Shown piece by piece: positions 33,464 through 46,724 of a stretch of 64,000 bases of DNA. Location of the stretch: positions 252,474 through 316,473 of IMG/VR virus record IMGVR_UViG_3300023199_000204; one strand, written 5' to 3'. The notes under the pieces are model-generated. The model saw nothing but the letters and a program-made list of their open reading frames with translations, made no database searches and was not told the DNA's origin. The translations under genes and the position numbers were made by a program. Position 1 is the first letter of the stretch. Each line of letters starts with the position of its first letter.

Positions 33464-33966
33464 ATTGATAAAGAACTACTGCTTGATGGTAGGTTTAAAG
33501 AAGTAAATAAACTTGTTATTGAACATTTTAAAGGATTTGTAAGTTAATGAATAATCCATATAAGAGTGAACTTGAGGCGGCACATAATAGAATTCAAGCT
33601 CTTGAAAAAGAGCTTAATTTTAAAAAAAATAAAGCCCCTTTAAAAACAAAGAAAAAGATAACAATGAGCAAGAAAACAATTTCCTTTCTAAAAAGAAACT
33701 ACAAGATTATGATTTTTTGTTTTGCCGCACTATCTGTTTTTTTATGTTTTACTTTTGGAAATTCCAGAGCAAAAATTGAAAGTTGTTATACAAACCTTAC
33801 GCATGAAAGTTGCTCAAAAATATGTGAAAGGAATGGGAAAACAAAATTAATCGGCGGAGAGTGGACGATAAAAAATCTTTCGGCAAACTGTTTTTGTTAT
33901 TATGAAGACGGATCTTTTAAGAAAAAAAAAATAACTTGGATTAATAAAAAACTATGTAATAAATAA

Positions 33967-34041
33967 GCTAGTGTAGCTTAGTTTGGCAAAAGCACCTCGG
34001 TGGTATTGAGGAAATTAGGAGTTCGAGTCTCCTCGCTAGCT
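33967..34041 (+). tRNA. tRNA-Thr(GGT)
   Basis: GCTAGTG/CGCTAGC, CCTCG-GTGGTAT-TGAGG. Confidence 0.88.
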
Positions 34042-34078
34042 CTAGCTAATTCATAATTTTAAAAGGAAGGAAGATAAT

Positions 34079-34522
34079 ATGAAGTGTATAAAACACCCTC
34101 ATTATACTGTATCTAGAAAGCCGACATCTGGGTGTGAAGATTGTTTAAGAATTTTTATACAAACAAAAACCGCATTTAAAAATGACGTTAATTCCCTTTT
34201 AGACAAAATAGATTTGTCTAACACAGAAACAGCTAAATGCTTAGATGTTTCGCCTCAAACTTTGAAAAGATGGAAAGAAGGAAAAAGCATGCCTTCAGAA
34301 AGATTTAGAGATGATATTCTTTTTTATTTAGAACGAGTGTCCCAAGGGAATTATAACAAAACTTTAAAAGAGCATTTGGCTAAAATCGAAGAAGATAAAA
34401 AAGCTGAAGAAGATAAAGTTAAAAGAAAAGAAATGATAAACTATTTTTCTGTTTGGAAAGAGGGAGAGCTTGTTTCAAAAGACGATCTTATTGAGAACCT
34501 TTTAGAAGAAAGAATAGATTAA
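34079..34522 (+). CDS. XRE-like HTH protein
   Basis: LSNTETAKCLDVSPQTLKRWKEGKSMP. Confidence 0.6.
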   Translation: MKCIKHPHYTVSRKPTSGCEDCLRIFIQTKTAFKNDVNSLLDKIDLSNTETAKCLDVSPQTLKRWKEGKSMPSERFRDDILFYLERVSQGNYNKTLKEHLAKIEEDKKAEEDKVKRKEMINYFSVWKEGELVSKDDLIENLLEERID

Positions 34523-35230
34523 AGGAGATATTAATGTGGAAACTTATTGTAAGATGGGGAACTTCTTCTAGTTAAGTTATTTAACTAGAGGAGGTTTCAA
34601 GTGTATGAGATTAAAAAATCTGGAAAGTTTTATGTTCTTGATCGTAATAATAAACACACTGAGTTTATAAGTTATGAAGAACTACTTAAATGGTTAAGGA
34701 GGTTTAAACTACATTGTTTTCATTTACCTAACTTTTTCCGTAAGAATGGTATTGGAAAAATTGATCGCGTTGGTAATAATTGGAATAATATTTGTATATT
34801 GCCTCAAAGAAAAGGAACTGGATGGAAAAAGTATAGTTTTTTTACAGAGAGGCACCCCCGTTGATTATATTGTTTTTGACGAATATTATCGGGTAATTAA
34901 TACTGATGTCTTAATAAAAGATTTAGAAAATCTACCCGAGCCTAAATATTATTATAGAAAATGGAAATTTAAAAATAATAAAAATTGGCCAGGTTTTAGA
35001 AATGGTCCAGTTCCTTATACTGGGGTTAAAAGATTTAGATTTAGCTCTTATTATAAAAGTCCTAGAACTACATCAGAAAGAAGATATGTATATGCTCATC
35101 CTGAATATGTAAGACCAAAAAGAGGGATTAGAGCATTACCAAATGACTGGGATGACATACCAAAAGGGCGTCGCTCTCGTGGGTGGAAAGAACAGTCTAA
35201 AAAGAAAAGGCAGTGGATGAAATAATCATC

Positions 35231-35303
35231 GCCCCTATGGTGTAACTGGATAGCATCTATCGCTACGAACGATAAGGTTTGGGTTCGAGTCCTAATAGGG
35301 GTT
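35231..35303 (+). tRNA. tRNA-Arg(ACG)
   Basis: GCCCCTA/TAGGGGT, A20, TATCG-CTACGAA-CGATA. Confidence 0.92.
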
Positions 35304-36161
35304 TTTTAAAAGGAGAAAGATATGAAAAAGTATATTCTTGGAGAAATGTGGCTTGATGAAAATCTTGGTATAAGATATATTTAGGAACCGTTTAACTCTA
35401 CTTATCTAGAAGTTATTACAATAAGTAAAAAAGGAAAAGCCAAGGTTAGAAAGATAGTTCCTGATATGGCTTTAATATTACAAAATTTTGTTTCTCAAGC
35501 GAATGAGTTATTAAGAAAACATCAACTTTTTGAAAAGTCTTGTGAAGCTTTAGATGAAATAAAAGGTTTAAGACACCCTAAAAATGAAGAAGAAATAACT
35601 GAAGAACAACTGAAGTTTATAAAGTTAATGACTGGTTCAGAGCTACCAGAGGCTGATTTATAATGCCAACTAAAGGAATGTATCAGGTGTGGTGGTGTGG
35701 CAGAGGGGAAGAATATTTTGATAGAGAGTTCAATAATTTTGAATCTGCCATACAATACATAAGATCAGAATGGGGCTATGGGGCTATCCACAGAAACTAA
35801 TTCTGCCAGATGGGACTAATTATTCTTTTGACGAACCAGAATTTAATAATTATGTCGTTTTAAGTCTCTTTTCTTTAAAAGATGAAATATTAATTAATCC
35901 CAATACTAGGCAAGTTTATGTAATTAATATAATTAATAAAGATAAAAGAGTATGGAAATATTTAAGAAACGCTAATAGAATTACTAATATTAGAGAGCGT
36001 ATGGATGACTATATGAAAAATGTTAATGCTAATGAAATTGTTGATCTTCTTTTAGATTATGATATGTTAGAACCAATTAGTTGTGGAATATCTTCTGGCG
36101 TAGAGGATATGAGGTTTACCCAAAGTGGAAGAAGAAAGAGAGGAGATTAAAAATAAATAAC

Positions 36162-36244
36162 GCATCCCGTTCCAGACGCCTGTCTTCTAAATAGGTTCCT
36201 TAATAGTTTGGGGGAGGTAAGAGGTTCGAGTCCTCCGGGGTGTT
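36162..36244 (+). tRNA. D-armless 8/4-type tRNA-like RNA with TCT (Arg) anticodon
   Basis: 8-bp GCATCCCG/CGGGGTGT acceptor, 4-bp T stem, CCTGT-CTTCTAA-ATAGG, long variable hairpin. Confidence 0.72.
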
Positions 36245-37768
36245 TAAAAAAGAGAAAGATATGTCAATGAGAATTAAGCAACATAAGTTATTCATAGAGA
36301 CTAAAAAAAAGAATTGAGGCTGGCTACGATCTTCAAACAGAGGCAATGGTTTTGTCGGATAGGCTTATGGATATTGGAGATCCAGACAGAAGGGGAGAGT
36401 TTATAAAACACTCCATAATTATAGAAACCTCTAATTCAAAACCTAGATTAAGAAAGTTAAAAAGAAAGGGAGAACAAATTTGGAAAACAAATGCTAAAAA
36501 GTGGTTTAATCTTCCTTTGAAAATAGATTCTAATAAAGTAAAAGCACAAGGAAAGGTTTATACTAGTATAGATTGTCTTTTAATGTATGAATATGAAGTT
36601 GGAAAATCTGGAGTTCCGTTTTACCCAAATAAAGGCGATCCAGATAAACATTTAATGTTTATTGCTAATCAGAGATCTAATTGGAGAGCTTTAACTAATA
36701 CTAGTAATTACTATACCTCCTTTCACGAAGAGTATATTTATATATTTATGAAAAGTGGTTTGGTAAATAAAATAATCTATACTCCTAAATTAAAAAAAAC
36801 GGTAAATAAAATTCTAATAAAAGAGCCACTATATACAGAAGAAAGGAAAATTTACATTAAAGATAATGGGCATTAATTATGTCACCAAATCCAGAAGTAT
36901 ATAAAAAATTTGAAGTTTTAAGGCATTACGAAGACTTTATCGTTTCCCTCTTATATATTAAGAGGGATATTAGGAATGGGTTTAATTTAGGTAGAAAGAA
37001 AGAAGTAAAAAAAAGAAATAATTGTTTTAAATAAAAAGGATTTTTTTATATAAAAAGAAAATGTTCTGGAAGGAATTATTTTCAAAAATTGATAGTTATA
37101 ATATTCCTTATAAAGACAGAAAAGAGATTATAAAAAGAATAAGACAAGAAAGGTATTATCTTAAACTACCCCGTCCTGAAAATTGGGAACAGAGATATGG
37201 AAAAATAATAAGTTGGTGGGCAAAATGGGTAATAAGAAAAAAAATATAGATGATCCTTGTGTAAGCAACTACCGACTTGCGAGAGTTAATGATAAACACT
37301 GGGTTAAAAGATATTATTTACAACAGGATAGGAGCTGTTGTGGAGTCTTTGATGTTAGGAAAATAGGACCAGATTTGCGTGTATATCTTATTGGATGTAA
37401 TTATGGGCACTAATGGAGTAGGTAATGAATATAGAAGATTTAATAAAATTAATTGGGAAAGCATATGATTCATATTTTAACTTAGTTGTTAATTAATCTC
37501 AAGATAAATATTTGGCAAAAAGTTATTGTGAATGTTTCATTCTGCAAAATATAGATTAAAAATATATTTTGCCAAAAAAAGTATTCTTTGTTTTATAAAG
37601 AAGCGAGAAGAGGAGAGAAAATAAAATGTTTATCAGAGTTGGATTCTTGCTTATATTCAGTTTTAAAATGCTTTAGAAAGTCAAGTGAAGAGGCATTTAA
37701 AATTATAAAATTGATTAAGAAATATTATGAAAAGTTATATAAACATAAATTAAATTATAAAGGAGAGA

Positions 37769-38766
37769 ATGTTAGTGTCTAAAATATTACTAAAGTTTAT
37801 AGATCTATTTTGTGGAATCGGAGCATTTCATCAAGCAATTATTAATCTCAAGAATAAATCTATAATTAAAGATTATAAATGCATTCTATCTTGTGATATA
37901 GATAAAGATGCAAAGGAAACTTATCAAAAAAACTTTGATACAGATTTATTTATAAATGATGTTAAAGATGTATCAGACATTAATAATACTTATAGCTTAT
38001 TATGTGCAGGATTTCCTTGTCAACCGTTTAGTATTTCAGGAAATAAACGGGGTTTTAATGATGAGAGAGCAGGTCTATTTTTTAAAGTTGTTGATATTGT
38101 AAAAAAAACTAATCCTAATTTTATAATAATAGAAAACTCGCCTCGTTTAATTAGGAATAGTAGTTATTTCTCAGTCATACAAAATGAATTAGATAATGCT
38201 GGATATAATGTTAATGCTGAGATTATTAATTCTAATAAATTCGCAACTCCTAAAAAAAAGAATCAAAGGTTATATAGTTGCTATCAATAAAAATATTAAT
38301 ATTAATTATATATTTTCCTAAAGGGGAGGAACATAATTTATCAGTCCATGATATATTAGATTCTTCAGTTCAGAAACACTTAATCGAAAAAAGATATGAA
38401 ATAATATGGAATAAAACTGTTAATGAAAACAAAAAATACGGACCTATTAGAATAGGATATGTTTTAAAGAGAAGACAAGGAGAACGCATTTATAGTGTTG
38501 ACGGGCATTCAATAACCTTAACTGCTTCGGGAGGAGGCCCTGGTAGAAGTACTGGATTATATTGTGTAGATAAAAGTAAAAACATTATTAGAAGATTATC
38601 AGTTAATGAATGTAGGAAATTATCAGGCTTTAATAATGATTTTATTGTTAATAAAAATAAAAGAGTTGCTTATAAACAATTTGGAAATACTATTGTAGTT
38701 CCTGTAGTAGAAGCTATTATAAAAAATTTAGTTTTACAGACAAAAGAAGAGAATTGGAGTGACTAG
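37769..38766 (+). CDS. C5 DNA cytosine methyltransferase (M.HhaI-like), split by a frameshift at an A run near 38255
   Basis: FCGIG, GFPCQPFS, EN motifs; target-recognition region QGERIYS..ITL.ASGGG; QFGN motif X. Confidence 0.88.
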
Positions 38767-39515
38767 GTCTGGTGCGGTTAAAGGAAATCTCAAAGAGAGA
38801 GCAGTATTAACTGTCCTTAAAGAACACATTAAATACACCGAATTTCACTCAATTTTTGGTATTAGAGTTTGTATAAATTGTTACGATAACATCACTTTCT
38901 CCCACCTTTCAAGAAAAAAAAACAGATTTTATAGTAGTTTTTCCTAAATGTGAGAATTGCATTAGAGAAAAAAATATATTAAATATACAGCATAAATTTG
39001 GTGCAGGCAATTCAGTAGCTAGATGTAAACAAATTAAGTTTTTAACTTTACTTAATTTAGATGACAATAAATCATATATAATTAAAAAGTTTTTTGGTAC
39101 AAAAAATACAAAAGGAACTGGCATTTCTGTCACAGAAAGAGAGGTATTTAAGAATAATATTAAAAATAATATACAAGGTGTTATTAAATTTTTTCTTTTT
39201 GGAAATGAAGAAGATTATATTCCTAATATTTTGTTAAAGCAAAATAAAAATAAGATTGATGTTTATTATAATTACAATATTATATTGAATAATATTAACA
39301 GCACTGCTTTTGATATTAATATCAAAACCAATACTATAAATATTTCAATTAACAGATTTAAAGCATTATCTTTTCAAAGAAAAGGCGGGGGAAAGAAGGA
39401 GAAAAATCCGCAAGATATTCAATGCAAAATACTTAAAAGTTTTTATGATTTATTAAATGAATTAACATATAAAAATACTGTTAATTTAAATGAATTGTCT
39501 TTTAAAGTATTTTAA
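38759..39515 (+). pseudogene. Putative restriction endonuclease partner, fragmented
   Basis: Overlaps the methyltransferase stop; C-terminal FQRKGGG..PQDIQCK; assignment mainly by context. Confidence 0.4.
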
Positions 39516-39521
39516 TTACAC

Positions 39522-39562
39522 ATACGTGCGTGAAATTTAATTTCATCGTCTCGACGATTTTA
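39522..39562 (+). repeat. Dispersed motif copy 2
   Basis: Matches 2362-2406; contains inverted repeat ATCGTC-TC-GACGAT. Confidence 0.6.
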
Positions 39563-40027
39563 GGGAGAGAAGGAATGGCGAGATTTAAATCAGCTTATGG
39601 AGAGTTAAAACTTACTTGGAACTGTAGAAAGTGTAAAATAACTCATACAACAGATGATTTATTTATAGAGTGTAAGCGAGAATCATATGCTTTAAATGAA
39701 GACCAAAGGGAGCATCATTTTTTAATGTTGTGTTCAAAATGTAATAAATTTTATAATGTAGAGGTTATTTAATGGATGAAAATAAATTAAATTTAATGAA
39801 GCGAATTAAATATTCAATAAGCAAAACTTGTTCTATGTGTAAATGGGCAACATTTTAAAACCATAAAGAATTTGGAAGTTGTTATAAACAAAGTTATAGG
39901 CATAAAAAACATAATGATATTCTTAGTATGACCATTCATAAGAGTGGAATATGTGATAAATTTGAGTTTTCACATAAGGATTTTTATAAACTTGGAGATT
40001 ACATTCCTTTTTTGAAAGGAGCGATTA

Positions 40028-40471
40028 ATGAACCCACAAGCTATTAGATTATATCACGTTGGCTACCATAACAAACCAGGACAGATATACAGGTTTTATA
40101 CTATAAGGCTAAAATGGGATGATGGTGGGAGAATGGATTTTCCAAGTGAGGAGCACGCAAATGCTTACTTAGAAGGAAGACCAGCAAATTTTGTAAGTAA
40201 TATTAAATTATCATCAAAAGTCCCTGTTAAAAAGGAAGAGGTTATTGCTGAAGCAACAGAATTTAATGTTATGTTAAATTCCTATGGAGTAAATAAAGTT
40301 CCTGTAATCAAGGTTGTGAGAGAAATAACTTCTCTTGGTCTCAGAGATGCGAAGAATCTCGTTGAGTCTGCCCCTGTTGCGATACAGGAGGGTTTAGAGA
40401 AAGAGCAAGCCGAAAAGACAGCAAGGAAGTTAAAAGAGCTTGGAGCGGAAGTGGAAGTGGTTTCAGCTTAA
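40028..40471 (+). CDS. Ribosomal protein L7/L12 C-terminal domain fused to an unrelated N-terminus
   Basis: [46 protein letters not shown]. Confidence 0.88.
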   Translation: MNPQAIRLYHVGYHNKPGQIYRFYTIRLKWDDGGRMDFPSEEHANAYLEGRPANFVSNIKLSSKVPVKKEEVIAEATEFNVMLNSYGVNKVPVIKVVREITSLGLRDAKNLVESAPVAIQEGLEKEQAEKTARKLKELGAEVEVVSA

Positions 40472-40495
40472 AAATATAGCACCTAATGGTGCTAT

Positions 40496-40567
40496 AGATG
40501 AGTAACTCAGTGGAAGAGTGGGTGTTTTACGAGCACTTGGTCGGGGGTTCAAATCCCTCCTCATCCA
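40496..40567 (+). tRNA. tRNA-Val(TAC)
   Basis: GGTGT-TTTACGA-GCACT; A1:C72 mismatch. Confidence 0.88.
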
Positions 40568-41059
40568 AATAGGATCTCTAACTATGAGAAATATTAAGCA
40601 AAAAACTGAATTGATGGAAAAAGAAAAAAGTATTTTAAATAGTTATATAAAAGTTCTGCTTAAAACAAGTAGGTCTTTTACTAAACTTGTATATAATTGG
40701 GCAAATAAAAATAAGATTAATAAACATGACAAATAATTATTCGTGGGGGAATGAAACAAAATCTATAGTTGATTAAATAATTTTACAATATGGTGAATGA
40801 TGTCTTTAAAAGAAATAAAATATTATGGCTTAATGTGTGATTTGTGTGGTAAAATAGAAAAAATAGAGAATTATGCTGGAACCATAGGTGTAAAGCTTCC
40901 TTCAAATTGGGCAAAAATAAGTTATAATCTGCCTCAGAAGGGAAGGTTTAGGGCGGCATTTACTATTCATAAGTGTCCAACCTGTGAGAGAGAGAAGCCA
41001 TCAGACGCCGAAATCCTAATTCCAGAGGACGCAATAAACATTAATAAAGAAGTATATTA

Positions 41060-41386
41060 ATGAAATATCATATAAAAGCAACAATAGAATTATTTAATAA
41101 AAGACCAATATTTAGCGGACTAAGATCTCAGTTTTATTATATGGGTAGGGACTGGGATTGTGTTATTTCTTTTGAAGATGAAAAACTTTTTAGTAAAGAA
41201 TTAAATGATGTCTATTTAACACTGCTAAGTCCCGATTTACAAAAAGATAATATAAAAGTTGGAATGCCGTTTTTATTAAGAGAAGGAGCCAGAGTTATTG
41301 CTTTTGGTTCAGTTTTAGAAATTAATGAAGAAACTTTTTCAGAAGGAATGAATATAAAAATTGTTAATAAAGAAAGAATGATTTAA
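41060..41386 (+). CDS. Stand-alone EF-Tu domain III-like protein
   Basis: PIFSGLRSQFYY and GMPFLLREGARVIAFGSV resemble the EF-Tu C-terminal PFFxGYRPQFYF and GLRFAIREGGRTVGAGVV. Confidence 0.7.
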   Translation: MKYHIKATIELFNKRPIFSGLRSQFYYMGRDWDCVISFEDEKLFSKELNDVYLTLLSPDLQKDNIKVGMPFLLREGARVIAFGSVLEINEETFSEGMNIKIVNKERMI

Positions 41387-41603
41387 ACTCTTGTTAGATT
41401 TGAATATCTTGATATAGATGAATATGCTTATTTTTTAATTCCCGGATGGGATAGAAACATTCAGCTTTCTATTTCATTAAAGGAACTTCCATTTGAATTA
41501 TCCAGAGAATTAGTGGAATAATTAAATGAGGGCAATCCTTATAGGTGTTTCGTTGAAACAAATATTGGTGCCGAGTCAAAGTTTAAATTGAGATTCCAAA
41601 ATT

Positions 41604-41688
41604 GGAAACTTGGCTGAATGGTATAGCGTCGGTTTCGAAAGCCGTAGCTGGAGTAACATCCGTGAAGGTTCGAATCCTTCAGTTTCCG
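41604..41688 (+). tRNA. tRNA-Ser(CGA)
   Basis: GGAAACT/AGTTTCC-G, TTCGAAA loop, long variable arm. Confidence 0.88.
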
Positions 41689-43468
41689 TTTGAAAGGATT
41701 TTCTCTTGTTAATAAAGAATTTTTTATAAGAAATATTTATAATTCTAATTTTATTATGTTGGTAGAATCATTATATAAATGTTTCCCAACAATAGGAGGC
41801 AATAGATATGTACTTTTAAGTATTAGGGAAAATACAAAAGCATTATTATTTCCTGCTAATTACAAAGGAGAAACAACCTCTTTTAAAAGTTTAATTCCTA
41901 AGACTATTGAAGAAAAAAAATAACGTGGCTCGTTGTGTATTTGAAAAATTAAAATACTCAATCTCACATTATGAAAAATATATTAATTACATTGGTGAAG
42001 AAAAATGTAATAATTGTTTTACTAGGGATGGGTTGGCATTAGAACCAAGATTATGTGAAAAAATACATAAATTCTGTAATTGTTGTTATGGGTGTAGAAA
42101 CTATTGTTTAAACTCTTGAGAGGGGGTAGTATGAAAGTAGCAATTATTTCGTTTTTAGCATTGTTTGGATATATATTTTTTATTGAAGTTAGCTTATTAA
42201 CTTTTAGACTATGGTACCCAAAAAGAAAATATGAAAAGCATTTAAGCGATTTTAGAAGAACTAATTCTCATTCTAATATATATACATTATCTATAATATG
42301 GCCTGTTATAATTATAGGTTGGATAGCAAGAATGTTTTATTTACTTCCAGCAAAACTTGCTAATTTTTGCTTCCTTAAAGTAAAAACAATAAAAGAACCT
42401 TCATTTCAAAAAAAATCTGTTAAAAGAAAGCGAGATGATCAGAAAAAACAATATGAATATTAAATTAAAAGTTAAACAACAAACACAAGTAAGATTAAGT
42501 GAAGAACAACTTCTCGAAGCTATAGTGTCATATATAGATGAAGCTCATTGTGGAAAATTAGCAAGTGCCTTAGGAAGTGGCAAAGTTATGATGGATTTTG
42601 ATCCTGAGACAAGTGAATTTGTTTTAATTTTAGATGGAATTTTAGATGATGAACCGGAGTATCATTTTCAATAATGAAAAAAATAATGAATGAGCTTAGA
42701 AAGCTTAGAGAAGACCAATTAAAGCTAGAAGAAAAGATAAGAGAAAAAACTGAAGAGACATTTAAATTAGGAGTAGATTCTCTATTTGAGGAAAATTCAA
42801 AACTAGAAAGTTTTTCTTGGATTCAAACAGATATTGACCTTGAAGAAGAATTTTTGATTAAAGATTTTTGTGTTAATTATCATAAAATAAAAAAGTTGGC
42901 ATATGAGTTTGAACAAGAAGACTTAATAGAAATAGTTGAAGATATATCGTTTTCTTATTTAATTCAGAAGTTTTCCTATATGTTAAAAGAGAAAACTCCA
43001 ATAGAGGAAATTATTGAAAATTGTTATTTGGAAGAAACTCCAAATGAGTTTATAGAGTTATGTTATGAGGCAGCCATTTTGTTTCCAAGAATAAACAAAT
43101 TTTTTACTTCTTTTGAAAAAGAAGATTATAGGTTTATTTTTGGAGAAAATTTAAAAGTCTCTGTTTTTCGAAATAAAATTGATATAGAAGAACTTTCAGA
43201 AGATTATGAAAACTATGGAATATACTAATATGAATAATTTTTTTAAAGAACTCGTTGATAATCAGAAAGAAAATGTTGAAGAAGTTAATTATGATGAAAT
43301 CTATAATGAAATAGATTCGTTATTAGATGAATGGTTAAATGATAATGATGAGGTGGGTGATAGGGTTTTTGAGCTAATAGAGAAACTTAAACCTACTCCC
43401 ACTCCTTCTAAAAATATGGAAAATATTAAAATGGATATTGTTCCAATTAAACTATTATAGGAAACATA

Positions 43469-43946
43469 ATGGATAAAGAACTATTGTTGCTTTTAAATGA
43501 ACACATGATGAAAGAATTTGATGCCTATTTTCAATACTTAGCAACGGCATCCTTTTTTGAAAAGAAAGAGTGGCTTCGCACATTGGGCAAGGGTTCAAGC
43601 TGAAGAAGAAAGGGCTCACGCAATGAAAATATATGAGCATTTAATCGAAAGAGATTTAATACCTAACTTTTCAAATATAACTATTCCTCAGCTTGATTTT
43701 AACGGACCAGAAGATGCGTTTGCCTCGGCTTATAACGATGAAGTAAATCTTACAAGGAACGTTCAAAACTTAGCTGAGATATCTTTATCTTATAAAGATT
43801 ACGCAGCATTTGATTTAATGACTTGGTTCGCCAAAGAGCAAATTGAAGAAGAAGATATGCTAGATAATATAACCACTAGGATTACTATGGCTGGGAATAA
43901 TATATCAGCAATGTTATTCTTGGATCAAGAACTAGGAAAAAGATAA
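43469..43946 (+). CDS. Ferritin (FtnA-like), frameshifted near 43570
   Basis: LLNEHMMKEF..YL upstream in another frame; GFAHW..Q.EEERAHAMK; WF.KEQIEEE; LFLDQELGKR. Confidence 0.85.
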
Positions 43947-43947
43947 G

Positions 43948-44427
43948 TTGAACATATTTATTTTAGACAATGATTTAAAAAAATGTGTTGAATATTATGT
44001 AGATAAGCATTGTGTGAAAATGATATTAGAACATACTCAAATTTTATGTAGCGTTCATCACATATCTGGTTCTAAATTAGAAATACCATATAGGAAAACA
44101 CATCAACATCATCCAGTTGTTAAATGGGCAACAAAAAGCCTAAGTAATTATAATTGGTTAATTAAGCTGACAGAAAGCCTTTGTAAAGAATATTCTTATA
44201 GATATGACAAAATTCATAAATGTGAAAAAGTTTTAAAATGGGCAAAAGAAAATACGCCAAATATTCCTGAGTTAGGATTAACTCCATTTGCCCAAGCAAT
44301 GCCTGATGATTGTAAAAATGAGAACACGGTGGTTGCTTATCGCAACTATTATAGAAAGCATAAGAGGCATCTTTTTGCTTGGAAAAGGAGAGAGCCTCCT
44401 TACTGGATAAAGGATGAAGAGAATTGA
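43948..44427 (+). CDS. Pyrimidine dimer DNA glycosylase / endonuclease V family protein
   Basis: MNIFILD..DKHCVKMILE..Q.L, YRKTH..HP..W, EY..RY.K.H, FAQAMP, AYRNYY. Confidence 0.78.
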   Translation: MNIFILDNDLKKCVEYYVDKHCVKMILEHTQILCSVHHISGSKLEIPYRKTHQHHPVVKWATKSLSNYNWLIKLTESLCKEYSYRYDKIHKCEKVLKWAKENTPNIPELGLTPFAQAMPDDCKNENTVVAYRNYYRKHKRHLFAWKRREPPYWIKDEEN

Positions 44428-44897
44428 TTTTGAAAAACTCACATATATAGCTAAAAATAATGGTTTAAAAGCAATAGTTTCTCACGATTATTGGATTGAG
44501 CCACTTGAATATTATGGACACGTCGCTTTATTCTACAATAATAATGAAGTTGGAAGGTTTTGTTATGAGGATAGAGGTGAGTCTAAAACTGGAATAAGAT
44601 TATTTTCTATTCATAGTGATCTTGATCACGAACATAACGGAAAGGGTTGGGGCCTTCTAGGATATTTATTATTGTTAGAACAACTACAAAAAAAGTTTCC
44701 AAAATCCTATGTTGGTCCAAGCGAAGAGTTTGGTTCATATACTTCTCCAAGTGCTGCGAAAGTATGGGAAATTATCATAAAGAGCAAAATACTTAGGACT
44801 TCTATGTTAAGTCCAGTAATAGGGAAAGTAAATAAAGTAAGAGTTTTTAAATACATAGGACCCAAGATATTAGGAAATGTAATAGGCAAGTTTAAGG

Positions 44898-44969
44898 GGG
44901 TCCATAGTTTAGGGGAAGAACGCTGCTTTGACGTAGCAGAAGTCGAAGGTTTAAATCCTTCTGGACCTA
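44898..44969 (+). tRNA. tRNA-Val(GAC), inside the 3' end of ORF 44414..44986
   Basis: GGGTCCA/TGGACCT, CTGCT-TTGACGT-AGCAG. Confidence 0.85.
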
Positions 44970-46724
44970 TAAGGAGGGAAATATGAAAACAAATTGGTGG
45001 GAAAGCATTAAGTTTAAGGTCTTAATGTTTATTATATATATAAAGTATAAATTAAAAAGTAAAGAATGACAATATTAAAAAAAATGATTAATTACATAAA
45101 GTCAGTTTTTAACAGAAATAAATATCCAGAACTTAGAACTATATCTAAAGAAGAAGCTGAAATAGTTTGTGAGCATATTAATAATGACACAGAAACAAAA
45201 AAGGCTTGGAAAACTATAATGCTTTCTTTATTTGGAGATAGAATGCCTCATTCATATAAATATAATATATGGTATGGTTTTGAATTACCAAAAGTTATAA
45301 CTCACGAGTTTTTAAACAATCTTTTATATAAAGTTAATAATGATGAAGATATGCCGAGGCATCAAAAAGTATTTGTTACCAAAATAATTAATAAGATGTT
45401 AGAGCACAATATTGATTACCCAATAAAAAAATATAATACTGATACTGAAGAGTTAATGAATAAGTTGGAAAGTTTCATCACTGAAATTTCTTCCAGTTGT
45501 AAAAGGGAGTAGTTTTTTGGACCCAAAAGATTTTAAAGAATTTTTTAACAAGAATTTAACAAAAATTTTGGAAACAGATAATCATTTAAAAGTTGAGGAA
45601 GGTATAATTAAAAACTGGGCTTCTGGAGAATGGGCTCCAATGTCTCCATATTGTAGGGAATATTTTGTAAATGAATTTTCTAAACTTCTTAATTTTAAGA
45701 AAAATAATAAAGTTTCTTTTTCAAAAAAGAAAAAAACATCAGAGATAGATAAATTAGTTAAGTCAATTTTACAGGAGGTTGGTGTTGGATAGAAGGTTAA
45801 GAAGACACTTAATTTCAGAAAAAAGAAGAATATTAAAACCATATATTTGTTGGACAGAATGGTGTATGGATTGGGATTGTAGGCATATTGAAACCTTATG
45901 GTTCTATTAGCATTAAATAAAGCAAGATATAATGGTGACTTCGTAATTGATGATGAGGGTAATCGCAAACGCATAGATCTTTATTTAGGAATTTATAGAT
46001 CAAGTTTATAATCCTATCAAATTATATTTATATTTAGTAGGGGGACTTAGATGAAAATATCAAATTATTTACTTTTAATATGTTTGCCATTAGCCATATT
46101 ATTTCTTTCAATATATATGTCAGACATCTATGATGTGGTTTGCGATAGACAAACAAAGGGAATTATTAAGTTTTTTCAAAGAATTGGAGATTATTGCCAA
46201 AACTATATAGCAATTATAGTTTCTGTTTTAATAATATTAAGTGGTCTATTGAAGTTAGTGGAATTTTGTTTACAATAAAAAGGTAATATATGTATAAGTA
46301 TAAATTTCCTATTGGGGATTGGTCAAAAGATGGTCACGAAAAATGTGAATGGTTTTTGGTTCACGGTCTAAAGCCTGTTGAAGAAGTTAGAGAAGCTCAT
46401 TATGAGGCAGAGAAACTATTGGGATTTTCTATTGGTGACATATGTGGTCAATATGAGGAAAATTATATTACTAAAGAGTATTTAGAAAAATTAAATGAAT
46501 TGAGAATCTATCTTCCTGAAATAGATGTAGAAGAATATTCTAAGCGTTTTTGTCCAAACGCAGAAGAGTTGCTACATATATAGCTTAATATCCTTAATAA
46601 AGTTGATGAAAGTTTAGAATTATCTTTACTTCCAAAGGAAGAGGATTACCCAACAATCAATTTTTATGGTTTTGATGAGAAGGAACGACATCTAAGAACT
46701 CCTGGGTATGGTTTATTTTATTAA

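Noticed and set aside
25150-46723. Stop-codon reassignment
   Set aside because: All three stop types interrupt ORFs with inconsistent implied residues, all three also end intact genes, and no canonical suppressor tRNA was found.
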